From Verrucomicrobiota bacterium (GTDB taxonomy: Bacteria; Verrucomicrobiota; Verrucomicrobiia; Limisphaerales; UBA11358), in NCBI GenBank assembly GCA_028872915.1, contig JAGWNY010000014.1:3739-67738 (forward strand): DNA of 64,000 nucleotides, given 5' to 3'. Under the pieces are notes generated by a model. The model had not been told where the DNA came from and searched no databases. It was given only the letters and a program-made list of their open reading frames with translations. The position numbers and the translations under genes are program-made. Below are positions 53,040-62,213 of this stretch, one piece after another (position 1 is the stretch's first letter; each line of letters opens with the position of its first letter).

Positions 53040-54886
53040 CAGCGCACCCTCGGCATCAGCCAGTTCAGTAATTCTGAAATTTTCACCCGCTCCTGCCTGC
53101 CGTCGTCCCGATGCCGGACCGTCACCGTGTCCAGCAATTCCGGTTTTTCGCCAAGCGTTTCAAAGTCCACCGTCACACAAAACGGCGTGCCGGCCTCATC
53201 CTGCCGCGCGTAGCGCCGTCCAATCGAGCCGCCATCGTCGTAAAACACATTTATCCACGGCCTCAGCAAGTCCCGGATTTCCATCGCCTTCTTTACGAGC
53301 GCCGGCTTGTTTTTCAGCAGCGGCATCACCCCCGCCTTGATTGGCGCCACCCGGGGATGGAATTTCAAAATCACCCGTGTCTCACTCCGGCCTTTTTCGT
53401 CCGTTTCCGTAACCTCCGAATAAGCATTGCAGATCAGCGCCAGAATCAGCCGGTCCACTCCGGCACTCGGCTCGATCACGTGCGGAATATATTGGCCTTT
53501 GGGCAGCCCATTCGCGTCTTCCGTGGCCTCCTTGTGCGCCTCGTCGCCGGTAGCTCCGGCCTTCACGAGGTATTTTTTTCGGTTCTCGTAATAGCGCTTC
53601 CAAAGGGCGTCCTGCTTTTCCTTTGGCAATGCCGTCCATGCCGCCCTTAAGTCCTCGTCAAAAACCCCCATCGGCTTGCCGGAATGCCGCTCATGCTGGC
53701 TCAAATCAAAATCGCTGCGCGCAGCAATCCCCTCCAATTCCTCGCCCATCAATTCCCCTCCATCGTTCCGCTTGCTGAACGGAAATCTATAGAGAATATC
53801 CACCGTTGCCCGCGCGTAATGCGCCAGTTCCTCCGCCTTCTGCCAGTATTCCACCAGCGAATGCCGGGGCAGTCCGATGCCTTCGTAAAATGCGATTCTC
53901 TCTTCAACCCAATACTTGTGCCATGCCTCCCATCCCCAGTCGGATCGAGGATTGGCGATTGCGGATGGCGGATTTGAAATTTCAGACGCGCGCGCGACTT
54001 TTCCTGAAATCGCTTCAACAACTTCGTCAGGCTTGATGAAAAATTCCACTTCCATCTGCTCAAATTCCCGCGACCGAAACGTGTAATTTCGCGGCGTTAC
54101 CTCGTTCCGAAACGCCTTGCCAATCTGCGCAATCCCAAATGGAGTCCTTTGCCGCGATGTCTCCAAGACATTCTTAAACTGCGTAAAAATCGCCTGGGCC
54201 GTTTCCGGGCGCAGATACGCTTCTTCCGCCGGCTCCGAAGCGCCGACGAATGTCTTGAACATCAGGTTAAACGGACGCGCCTCGGTCAATTGCGCGCCAC
54301 TTTCCGGGTGGAAATCCACCGAATCGGCCGCTGTCGCCGTGGTTTCACCCGTTAACTCAAGGTCTTTCCATCTGCCGGTTTCCGCATCAATTGTCCCGTG
54401 CGCATAGTATTCCCGCGCCTTTTTCCGCGCGGTGTCCGGGTGCTCGCCCTTGCGCAATAAAACCGCAAAAGGCTTTTCGCATTTGAACGGGGAGGCATGT
54501 GATTCCGCGCCGCTCCAGCGATAAATCACACCGCTCTGCGGCTCGACCTGATCGGCGCGCACCCGTTTTTTCGTCAATGGACATTCCCGCATCATGTCCG
54601 CGAAGGTGTCCACGTGCCCGCTGGCCTTCCAAATTTTCGGATGCATGATGATGGTCGCCTCCAGTCCAACGACGTCGTCCCGCTCCAATACCATGTCCCG
54701 CCACCACAATTCCTTCACATTTCGCTTCAGTTCCGATCCCAACGGGCCGTAATCCCAAAAGCCATTGATGCCGCCGTAGATTTCCGATGATGGATAAATA
54801 AATCCCCGCCGCTTGCAAAGCGACACAATCTTTTCCATCAACGCTGCTCCCGAAGAGGCCGGCAAATTGTTCGTTGTATCGTTCAT
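53039..54886 (-). CDS. glyQS: glycine--tRNA ligase (alpha2 homodimeric type) with insertions
   Basis: RRGFIYPSSEIYGGINGFWDYGPLGSELKRNV, FRNE..PRNYTFRSREFEQME and a C-terminal anticodon-binding domain. 615 aa. An alternative start at 54838 is possible. Confidence 0.9.
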   Translation of the reverse strand: MNDTTNNLPASSGAALMEKIVSLCKRRGFIYPSSEIYGGINGFWDYGPLGSELKRNVKELWWRDMVLERDDVVGLEATIIMHPKIWKASGHVDTFADMMRECPLTKKRVRADQVEPQSGVIYRWSGAESHASPFKCEKPFAVLLRKGEHPDTARKKAREYYAHGTIDAETGRWKDLELTGETTATAADSVDFHPESGAQLTEARPFNLMFKTFVGASEPAEEAYLRPETAQAIFTQFKNVLETSRQRTPFGIAQIGKAFRNEVTPRNYTFRSREFEQMEVEFFIKPDEVVEAISGKVARASEISNPPSAIANPRSDWGWEAWHKYWVEERIAFYEGIGLPRHSLVEYWQKAEELAHYARATVDILYRFPFSKRNDGGELMGEELEGIAARSDFDLSQHERHSGKPMGVFDEDLRAAWTALPKEKQDALWKRYYENRKKYLVKAGATGDEAHKEATEDANGLPKGQYIPHVIEPSAGVDRLILALICNAYSEVTETDEKGRSETRVILKFHPRVAPIKAGVMPLLKNKPALVKKAMEIRDLLRPWINVFYDDGGSIGRRYARQDEAGTPFCVTVDFETLGEKPELLDTVTVRHRDDGRQERVKISELLNWLMPRVR

Positions 54887-55060
54887 TCAGGGCCGGTCAG
54901 TCTTCGCCACCGGCCCTCCAATGTCAAGAAAGCCATTGGTTCAACGGACGCGCGCGCCACGCTCCCGCGTTAACGGGGTTGCACCGCAAATCCTGCCGCC
55001 GTGCAATTCAATAAATTGCCATTGCGAACTGCGACCGACGTAATGTTTCACTTTCCGCGG

Positions 55061-55101
55061 ATGCGTGAAATTCACGCCAAATGCGTGAAAATTTCGCGCA
55101 T
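55061..55101. promoter_or_regulatory. two adjacent palindromic operator-like sites in the glyQS / prepilin-gene divergent intergenic region
   Basis: gcgtgaa-a-ttcacgc is a perfect 7-bp-arm palindrome at 55063-55077. atgcgtgaaaatttcgcgcat is an imperfect palindrome at 55081-55101. The half-site atgcgtgaaa repeats with exactly 20-bp spacing. Confidence 0.3.
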
Positions 55102-55266
55102 CAGGCGTGGCCGTATTCCAAAACCATCGAAATTTCCCTTTAAATTTGACCGATTGCCGCTTGGCACCGTCATTGCTAAACATCTTGCAAACACATTGAC
55201 TGCCTGCGAGATGCCATGAAAATCCGCGGGCGTCACTGGGACGAAAACAATAAAAATCATTGTAAT

Positions 55267-56181
55267 ATGAAACAGATGAAACAAAAGAGAGCGTTCACAC
55301 TGATCGAGCTGCTGGTGGTGATTGCGATTATCGCGATTCTGGCGGCCATGTTGCTGCCGGCGCTCGCGGCAGCCAAACGCAAGGCGAACCAGATCGCTTG
55401 TGTCAACAACCTGAAGCAAATCGGCCTGGCATTCCGTATCTGGGCCGGCGATAACGGAGACAAATATCCAATGCAGGTTTCCACGGCCGTGTTTGGGGGA
55501 ATGGAAGATTTGGCGTCCGCAGCAAATAATCCACCGACTGGCGGCTGGGGAAGCCCGAATCCTGGTAATGGACTTTCCTTCTATAAAGTCTGGCAGTGTG
55601 CGTCGAATGAATTGAACGCGCCTAAAATTGTCGTATGCCCTGCGGACAACGGCCTCGGCACCTCAAGCGGCAGCCAATCACCTCCTCCGGTTGTATCTTC
55701 CAGCTTTGTCAATAAATTGACCGGAACACTGAATTTTGCCAACGCCAATATCAGCTATTTCCTGTGCGGCGATTGCTCCGAGGACAATCCTCAAGGCATT
55801 ATGGTCGGCGACCGCAATGTGGGCATGTCTCAGTCCGGAAACGCGTTTAGCCCGGCCACGGTTGCCTTTCCGGGGGTCAGCGCAGCCAGTACTGCTACGG
55901 TAGCGGTAAATATGGATAGTGGAAGATTCCCGGCCCTTGGCACGACGGCGACCGGTCACGCTTGGGATTCGATGCCCAATCCGCCTGGAGCAGGCGGAAG
56001 TCCTGCCGGATGGGCTTGGACACAAAATGATCTGCATTTGAAGGTCGGCGATTACGCTCTGACCGATGGCAGCACCCAGGAGGGAACCATTGCCGATTTT
56101 CAGACGGGGTTGTATAACTTTGGCCAAACGGCTACGTCCGTCAACAATGTCTGGTTTACTTTCCCCGGAAACGATCAATGA
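55267..56181 (+). CDS. prepilin-type N-terminal cleavage/methylation domain protein (type II secretion substrate-like)
   Basis: [55 protein letters not shown] is the canonical N-terminus of the large verrucomicrobial/planctomycetal prepilin-like family. Confidence 0.8.
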   Translation: MKQMKQKRAFTLIELLVVIAIIAILAAMLLPALAAAKRKANQIACVNNLKQIGLAFRIWAGDNGDKYPMQVSTAVFGGMEDLASAANNPPTGGWGSPNPGNGLSFYKVWQCASNELNAPKIVVCPADNGLGTSSGSQSPPPVVSSSFVNKLTGTLNFANANISYFLCGDCSEDNPQGIMVGDRNVGMSQSGNAFSPATVAFPGVSAASTATVAVNMDSGRFPALGTTATGHAWDSMPNPPGAGGSPAGWAWTQNDLHLKVGDYALTDGSTQEGTIADFQTGLYNFGQTATSVNNVWFTFPGNDQ

Positions 56182-56202
56182 GCAAATAACAGTCTGATTC
56201 AG

Positions 56203-56234
56203 CGAGGCATTCTTCCGAATGCCTCGTTTTTTTT
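56203..56234 (+). terminator. rho-independent terminator
   Basis: cgaggcattc-ttcc-gaatgcctcg followed by tttttttt, about 20 nt after the stop at 56181. Confidence 0.85.
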
Positions 56235-56253
56235 CAGGCGGGGGCAAGGAGTG

Positions 56254-56790
56254 TCAGACTGAAGAGGCCCGTCCGCCGGGGTCCTGGCCATTGCTCCGCG
56301 CGTCGGGCCGTTGTTTGCGCCGCTGTTCGACAAAGAAATTTTGTAATAACGCCCGGCATTCGGGCTCGCGCACGCCGGATGTAATGACGCACTGATGATT
56401 CAGCGTGGGAAATTGGAGGAGATTCAGCGCACTACCTGCCGCGCCGGCTTTGGGATCGCTCACCCCAAAAATGACGCGCGCCAGCCGCGTATGCACAATC
56501 GCCCCGGCGCACATCGGGCATGGCTCCTTCGTCACATAGAGCGCGCAGTCGGTCAGGCGCCAATCCCCCGCCGCCTCCTGGGCTTGCGTCAATGCGAGCA
56601 TCTCGGCGTGGGCGGTGGCGTCCTTCAATTGTTCCACCTGATTCCATGCCCTTGCAATAATTCGTCCCTCGCGCACAATCACGGCGCCTACCGGCACTTC
56701 GCCGGTCTCCTGCGCGCGCGCCGCCTGCCGCAACGCTTCGCGCATGAAATAATCGTCGCTGTGCAAATCAATGATGGGCTTCTTCATCAT
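56254..56790 (-). CDS. tadA: tRNA adenosine(34) deaminase
   Basis: VPVGAVIV...HAEMLAL...PCPMCAGA deaminase zinc motifs. Start at MMKKPII (56790). The longer track ORF is an extension over the NUDIX gene. Confidence 0.85.
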   Translation of the reverse strand: MMKKPIIDLHSDDYFMREALRQAARAQETGEVPVGAVIVREGRIIARAWNQVEQLKDATAHAEMLALTQAQEAAGDWRLTDCALYVTKEPCPMCAGAIVHTRLARVIFGVSDPKAGAAGSALNLLQFPTLNHQCVITSGVREPECRALLQNFFVEQRRKQRPDARSNGQDPGGRASSV

Positions 56791-56816
56791 AATGGAACCC
56801 GGGCGAGGAAGGCGCC

Positions 56817-57329
56817 TCAACGGGCTTTCCCTCCCGCCGTCCATGTCTCCTCCAGTGTCCAGTCGTTCCGGCCATCGGGATGGCAATGGCATCGCGCGGC
56901 AAAAAAACCGCCGCGAAATTTCCAAAACCACGGGTAAATCCGCTCCCGGTCGGTTTGGGGAACGTTCAGCGAGCCAATGTCCGCCTTCGCAAAAAACTGA
57001 AATCGTCCTTCCTCGCAGGGCGCCGGCAGCGCCGGCAGCCGCTTCGTGATCTCGAAAAGAAACATCAACCAGTGGGTCTGTCCCTGGTAGCCGTATTCGC
57101 TGATCATCCCCGCCAGATGCAAATCCGCCGGTGACAGCTTTACGCAAACCTCTTCTTCCGCCTCGCGGCACGCGCAAGCGTATGGAGATTCCCCGATGTC
57201 CATCTTCAACTTTCCGCCGCATGGACTCCAAAAGCCGCGATTGGGTTCCTGCGTCCGTTCGAGCAGAAGAATTTCGTCGCGCTCGTTGAAGAAATAAAGA
57301 AGCGTTGCGATCTTGTAAGGCAATGTCAT
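56817..57329 (-). CDS. NUDIX hydrolase
   Basis: NUDIX box [26 protein letters not shown]. Start at [13 protein letters not shown]. Confidence 0.75.
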   Translation of the reverse strand: MTLPYKIATLLYFFNERDEILLLERTQEPNRGFWSPCGGKLKMDIGESPYACACREAEEEVCVKLSPADLHLAGMISEYGYQGQTHWLMFLFEITKRLPALPAPCEEGRFQFFAKADIGSLNVPQTDRERIYPWFWKFRGGFFAARCHCHPDGRNDWTLEETWTAGGKAR

Positions 57330-57419
57330 GACGAAATTTTCAGTCCCGGCCCGGCCCGTGTCGAATTCAAAATTCAATTGTCATGCCGCCCGCAGAAACT
57401 AAAATCCCGCTCTCAATTT

Positions 57420-58529
57420 ATGAAAACGTTTAAAATTGCCGCGTTGGCCGGAGACGGTATTGGCCCCGAAGTGATGCGCGAAGCCCTCAAAGTCCTGCAA
57501 GTTGTTGGTCGAAAATTCGGATTTCGTCCCGACATTACCGAGGCGCCCGTCGGCTGGGCGGCGATAGACGCCGCCGGGACGGCGCTCCCGGACCGGACGC
57601 TGGCCCTCTGCCGTGAATCCCAGGCCATCCTTTTCGGTTCGGTCGGCTTGCCCGCCCGCGATCCCTCGATTCCCAAGGAAGCCCGCCCGGAACGCGCCGC
57701 TTTATTGCGCATCCGCAAGGAATTCAACCTGTTTGCCAACCTCCGCCCGGTGAAGCTTGCGTCGGCCCTGTCCCACGCCTGCCCGCTTGCCCGCGAACGA
57801 CAGGGGAGGGGCATTGACATTCTCGTCGTCCGCGAACTCACCGGCGGGCTCTACTTTGGCCGCCCCAAAAAAACCGAAAGCCTCGGCAACGGCAACTTTC
57901 AGGCCATTGACACCATGACCTATGCCACTGCCGAAATCGAGCGAATCGCGCGCGTCGCGTTCGAGGCCGCCCGGTTGCGCCGCAAAAAGGTCACCAGCAT
58001 TGACAAGGCCAACGTCCTTGAAAACGGCGTCCTTTGGCGCGACGTCGTGACCCGCGCCGCCGCTGCTTATCCGGATGTCACCCTGGAACACATGTTTGTG
58101 GACAATGCGGCCATGCAGCTCGTCCTCAAACCCGATCAGTTTGACGTGATGCTTTGCGAAAACATGTTCGGCGACATTCTGAGTGATGAAGCCGCGGCGC
58201 TGGCCGGTTCGCTTGGAATGCTTCCCAGCGCCAGCCTGGGCGCCACCGGCGCCGAAACAACGTTCGGCTTTTACGAACCGGCAGGCGGCAGCGCGCCGGA
58301 CATCGCTGGAAAAAATCTCGCGAACCCCATCGCCCAGATTCTCTCCGCCGCCTTGATGCTGCGCCATAGTTTTGGTCTCCATGCCGCCGCGGCGGCCATT
58401 GAGGCCGCCGTTGACAAGGCAATCATCGCCGGCCTTCGCACCGGCGATATTTTCAACCCTGGCGAAACGGGCGTTCGCCTGGTTGGGACGCGGGAAATGG
58501 GTGACGCCATTGCCGCCGCCCTTGGGTAA
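57420..58529 (+). CDS. leuB: 3-isopropylmalate dehydrogenase
   Basis: [46 protein letters not shown] and GSAPDIAGK. Confidence 0.9.
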   Translation: MKTFKIAALAGDGIGPEVMREALKVLQVVGRKFGFRPDITEAPVGWAAIDAAGTALPDRTLALCRESQAILFGSVGLPARDPSIPKEARPERAALLRIRKEFNLFANLRPVKLASALSHACPLARERQGRGIDILVVRELTGGLYFGRPKKTESLGNGNFQAIDTMTYATAEIERIARVAFEAARLRRKKVTSIDKANVLENGVLWRDVVTRAAAAYPDVTLEHMFVDNAAMQLVLKPDQFDVMLCENMFGDILSDEAAALAGSLGMLPSASLGATGAETTFGFYEPAGGSAPDIAGKNLANPIAQILSAALMLRHSFGLHAAAAAIEAAVDKAIIAGLRTGDIFNPGETGVRLVGTREMGDAIAAALG

Positions 58530-58626
58530 GTGAACAAAGCCGCCATTCCACAGGAGTATGGCCATTCATCCGGGCGCGCTGAAAAATCCAGGTGCGCGCC
58601 GCTCTTTCCGCGGTTAAATTTGCCGC

Positions 58627-59157
58627 ATGAAAATTGAGGCATTGCACGTTGGCATGAACGTCCGGCATCCGCAATACGGGCTGGGAGTCGTAAAGGCGGT
58701 TTCCGAAACCACCGCCGAAATCCAATTCAACGATGGACGCCGTGCGGTCGCTCCCGAAACCAGCGGTCTCGAACCCGCCGACGCCCGCGCCGCCATTACC
58801 GGGTTGGAAATGCCTGTGAAACAATTCATCACCCAGACCGTCGAGGCCGTGGTCGAAAAATTGGGGTTGGAAAAACCAGACTCCGTGGTTGAGAAACTTG
58901 CCGCCCGCTGGCATGGCGGGAAACTCGTTCTCGTTCCCGCCGACCCTTCGCTGCAATCCAAGGAAGTGCCCCTGGAAATCTTCTTCCACAAAATCGTCAT
59001 GGTCCGCAACAATCTCCGCGTCCTGGAACAGAAAATCAACGCGCACGAAAAGCTCTCCGACGCTGAAAAAATCGAGATGCAGCAATACATTACCCGCAGT
59101 TACGGCTCCTTTACTACCTTCAACCTCCTGTTTCTTGAAAAGGAAGATCAATTTTAA
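58627..59157 (+). CDS. hypothetical protein (N-terminal small beta domain, C-terminal helical region)
   Basis: MKIEALHVGMNVRHPQYGLGVVKAVSETTAEIQFNDG resembles the small Tudor/SH3-like domain found at UvrD/PcrA C-termini (DUF3553-like). The rest is unassigned. Confidence 0.4.
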   Translation: MKIEALHVGMNVRHPQYGLGVVKAVSETTAEIQFNDGRRAVAPETSGLEPADARAAITGLEMPVKQFITQTVEAVVEKLGLEKPDSVVEKLAARWHGGKLVLVPADPSLQSKEVPLEIFFHKIVMVRNNLRVLEQKINAHEKLSDAEKIEMQQYITRSYGSFTTFNLLFLEKEDQF

Positions 59158-59216
59158 ATTTAGGCGACCTTTTTTGCATTGAATTGCGGTTGGTTTTTCG
59201 GGAAACTGCCTTTGCG

Positions 59217-59291
59217 GCGCGCTTAGCTCAGCGGTAGAGCACTTCCTTCACACGGAAGGGGTCGCAGGTTCAAACCCTGCAGCGCGCACCA
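59217..59291 (+). tRNA. tRNA-Val (anticodon CAC), CCA encoded
   Basis: gcgcgct ta gctc agcggta gagc a cttcc ttCACac ggaag gggtc gcagg ttcaaac cctgc agcgcgc a cca. All four stems pair. Confidence 0.9.
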
Positions 59292-59399
59292 TGTTTTATT
59301 GAGTTTTTTTCGTTTTCGTTTTTTTGTTGCCCAGCCATTGCCCACTTTTTTCCGCGTATTACCGGCTGCGCAACACTTGATGGACGAAACTGCCTGAAT

Positions 59400-61580
59400 T
59401 TGGTTGAATTTACCGAGACTGTGTTGCCGAAGCACTTGTCAGACAACGACAAATCGTCGCTGGAGGTTTTCGCCGCGCCCCGTATTGCGCGGGGATGGCG
59501 GCTGTTTCTTTTGTTTTCGTCCGGGTTGGCGCTGACCGGACCGGTCTCCATGCTTTTCGCGGACCTGCTGTGGCGGACGGGCTGGTCGGCTTCGCGGACG
59601 ATTCTGCTGATCCTGTTTATCATCCTGTTCTGGTTCATCTGCGTGGGTTGCATGCACGGCATTTTCGGATTTGCGCTTCGGATATTCGGCACTCGCCGGC
59701 GCATCAGCGCGCTGAACTATCGGGATCGAAACATCGAGGGCATCAGCACGGCGATCGTCTTTCCCATTTACAACGAAGACATCGTTCGCGTGCATGAGGG
59801 CATCCGGGCGACCTATGAATCTCTGGCGAAAACGGGCAAACTGGCTGGATTCGACATTTTCATCCTGAGCGACACCACAGATCCCGACCAATGGGTGGAG
59901 GAAGAGCAGCGTTGGTATGGATTGATCCGGGAATTGGGGGCATTGGGCAAGATTTATTACCGCCGCCGCCTGAATAATGAAGGGCGCAAGAGCGGTAACA
60001 TCCGGGATTTCCTCAATGCGTGGGGGCGGCGCTACCGTTATTTTATCGTTTGCGACGCGGACAGCGTGATGCGGGGCGAGACGATTGTGGATCTGGTTAA
60101 ATTGATGGAGGCGCGCCCTGGGGCGGGCCTCATTCAAACGGTGCCGGCGGTGGTAAACGCCAAAACGCTTTTTGGACGCATCCAACAGTTTGCCAACCGG
60201 CTTTATGCTCCCATATACATCGCCGGTCTGAATTATTGGACGCTGGACATGGGAAACTACTGGGGCCATAACGCCATTATCCGGGTGGAGCCTTTCATGC
60301 AGTTCTGCGATCTTCCGCAATTACCCGGACGCAAGCCATTTGGCGGCCAGATTCTCAGCCACGATTTTGTTGAGGCGGCTCTGATGTTGCGTGAAAATCG
60401 GGAAGTCTGGCTGGCCTACGACCTGGATGGCAGTTATGAAGAGGCGCCGGAAACCATGATAGAAAATGCCCGGCGGGACCGGCGCTGGTGCCAGGGCAAC
60501 CTTCAGCACGGTCTCGTGCTTTTTGCGAGGGGCCTTCGCGGTGTCAGCCGCATCCATCTCAGCCTCGGGATCTTTTGCTATCTTACAGGCCCATTTTGGC
60601 TTGCCTTTCTGATCACCTTTGCCTGGATTCGCTGGTACCAGAAATATACCGGGCTTTCGACGATTACCGTCCACGCCTTTACCCCTTACCTGAATCTCAG
60701 CGGCTCGGCTCATGCTCTCCTCATCTTTGTCATTTGCATGGCCGTGATCATGCTCACGAAGGTTCTTTCCCTCGTTGAGCTGGCGATGGACGCCCAACGC
60801 CGCCGGGCATTCGGGGGCATGGCGCGCGCCACGGCCAGCGTTCTCTGTGAAACTCTCTTTTCCACCTTGCACGCCCCCTTGCAAATGCTCTGGCACACGC
60901 GTTTTGTGATCAGCAATTTCATGGGGGGGAGCGTCGGTTGGGCGTCGCAGCAACGCGGCGGCGCCGGTGTGTCCTGGAGTTATGCGTTCCGGCGGCATTG
61001 GGGCCATACGCTCACAGGCATTGCGGCGGGCGTTTTCATGTGGCATCTGGAACATTCGCTGTTCTGGTGGCTGCTGCCGTTGCTGGCGGGCTGGGTGCTG
61101 GCGGTTCCGTTGAGCGTTCTGACGAGCCGCCCGGCCATTGGCGCCCGTTTCCGAAACCTGGGGTTGTTTCTCACCCCGGAAGAAACCAATCCGCCGCCTG
61201 AATTGGTTTCCCTCCGCGAACAAATGAACCAGGCCGCGGAGGCGGGCCTCCCCGCCCAGGCCCATGCTCATCTGGCGGAAAGCGTGCTTGACCCGTATAT
61301 CAATGCCATTCACGTTTCCCTTTTGCGCGAAAAACTTCTTAACCCCGCCTACGCCGAACAATTCTCCAGGCTTGGCATTGGCAACGGCGCCGTTCATTTG
61401 CTTGCGGATAAATTGCTTGCCGAGGGACCGGCGCAATTGACGAACTCCGAAAAACTTCTGGTGATGGCCAATCCCACCGAGATGGCGCGCCTCCATCAAC
61501 AAGCGTGGCTCCGCCCGGCATCCGAACTGGCGCCCTGGTGGCAGGGGATGATCCTGGACTTTGGCCGGCGCGTCAGTTGA
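59400..61580 (+). CDS. opgH: glucans biosynthesis glucosyltransferase H (OpgH/MdoH)
   Basis: GT2 core AIVFPIYNED...FILSDTTDP...RRRLNNEGRKSGNIRDF...FIVCDADSVM...RRDRRWCQGNLQH flanked by TM helices. The start is uncertain (TTG at 59400). Confidence 0.85.
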   Translation: MVEFTETVLPKHLSDNDKSSLEVFAAPRIARGWRLFLLFSSGLALTGPVSMLFADLLWRTGWSASRTILLILFIILFWFICVGCMHGIFGFALRIFGTRRRISALNYRDRNIEGISTAIVFPIYNEDIVRVHEGIRATYESLAKTGKLAGFDIFILSDTTDPDQWVEEEQRWYGLIRELGALGKIYYRRRLNNEGRKSGNIRDFLNAWGRRYRYFIVCDADSVMRGETIVDLVKLMEARPGAGLIQTVPAVVNAKTLFGRIQQFANRLYAPIYIAGLNYWTLDMGNYWGHNAIIRVEPFMQFCDLPQLPGRKPFGGQILSHDFVEAALMLRENREVWLAYDLDGSYEEAPETMIENARRDRRWCQGNLQHGLVLFARGLRGVSRIHLSLGIFCYLTGPFWLAFLITFAWIRWYQKYTGLSTITVHAFTPYLNLSGSAHALLIFVICMAVIMLTKVLSLVELAMDAQRRRAFGGMARATASVLCETLFSTLHAPLQMLWHTRFVISNFMGGSVGWASQQRGGAGVSWSYAFRRHWGHTLTGIAAGVFMWHLEHSLFWWLLPLLAGWVLAVPLSVLTSRPAIGARFRNLGLFLTPEETNPPPELVSLREQMNQAAEAGLPAQAHAHLAESVLDPYINAIHVSLLREKLLNPAYAEQFSRLGIGNGAVHLLADKLLAEGPAQLTNSEKLLVMANPTEMARLHQQAWLRPASELAPWWQGMILDFGRRVS

Positions 61581-61796
61581 CATGTTTTGCCGCGTCGGCG
61601 GCGGGCTGAGCCGATTGGGAAAACCCTCCCTGGATGCATGGCCTCTGCTGCTTCGGAAGCCAAAAATTCCGCGCGAAACAACAAGTTGGGGGATGCAAAA
61701 AATGCGAGGCATTGGGCAACGCATGGGGAGACGGTGTTGAGGTCCTGAATGATGCTTTTTATGCAATGGCGCGGTCCAACGCGCCAAGAACATAAA

Positions 61797-62144
61797 ATGG
61801 AAAGGAACACAATCATGAGACGAATCATCATGCTCGCCGCCGCGGCGGGGTTTACCGCGGCGCTGACGGCTTCCGCCGCCGGAGGCAAGGAAAACTGGGG
61901 CCACATGTGCGCCAAATGCCACGGCGCGAACGGGGACGGCCAGACGAACATTGGACGCCACCTCCACTGCAAGGATTACACCGACGCAAAGGTGCAGGCG
62001 GCGCTGACCGATGCCGCGGCGATCAAGGCCATCAAGGAAGGATTGAAAGACCAAAACGGCCACCTGCTGATGCGGCCGGCAAAAGGATTGTCCGATAGTC
62101 AAGTGAAGGACTTGGTGGCTTATCTGCGGACTTTGAAAAAATAA
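61797..62144 (+). CDS. monoheme class I c-type cytochrome
   Basis: Signal peptide MRRIIMLAAAAGFTAALTASAAG, one CAKCH heme site and a distal Met candidate (LLMRP). About 115 aa. Confidence 0.75.
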   Translation: MERNTIMRRIIMLAAAAGFTAALTASAAGGKENWGHMCAKCHGANGDGQTNIGRHLHCKDYTDAKVQAALTDAAAIKAIKEGLKDQNGHLLMRPAKGLSDSQVKDLVAYLRTLKK

Positions 62145-62213
62145 CGAGGGCTGCCCGTTCCAATCGGATGAAGGCAGGGCGGGTTTCCCGATCCTGGCGC
62201 GCCGCTTTTTTCA

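Noticed and set aside
60321-62102. 593-aa minus-strand ORF
   Set aside because: It is antisense to opgH and the cytochrome c gene, both of which have strong motif support. It is Arg/Gly/Pro-rich with no motifs, a typical high-GC shadow ORF.
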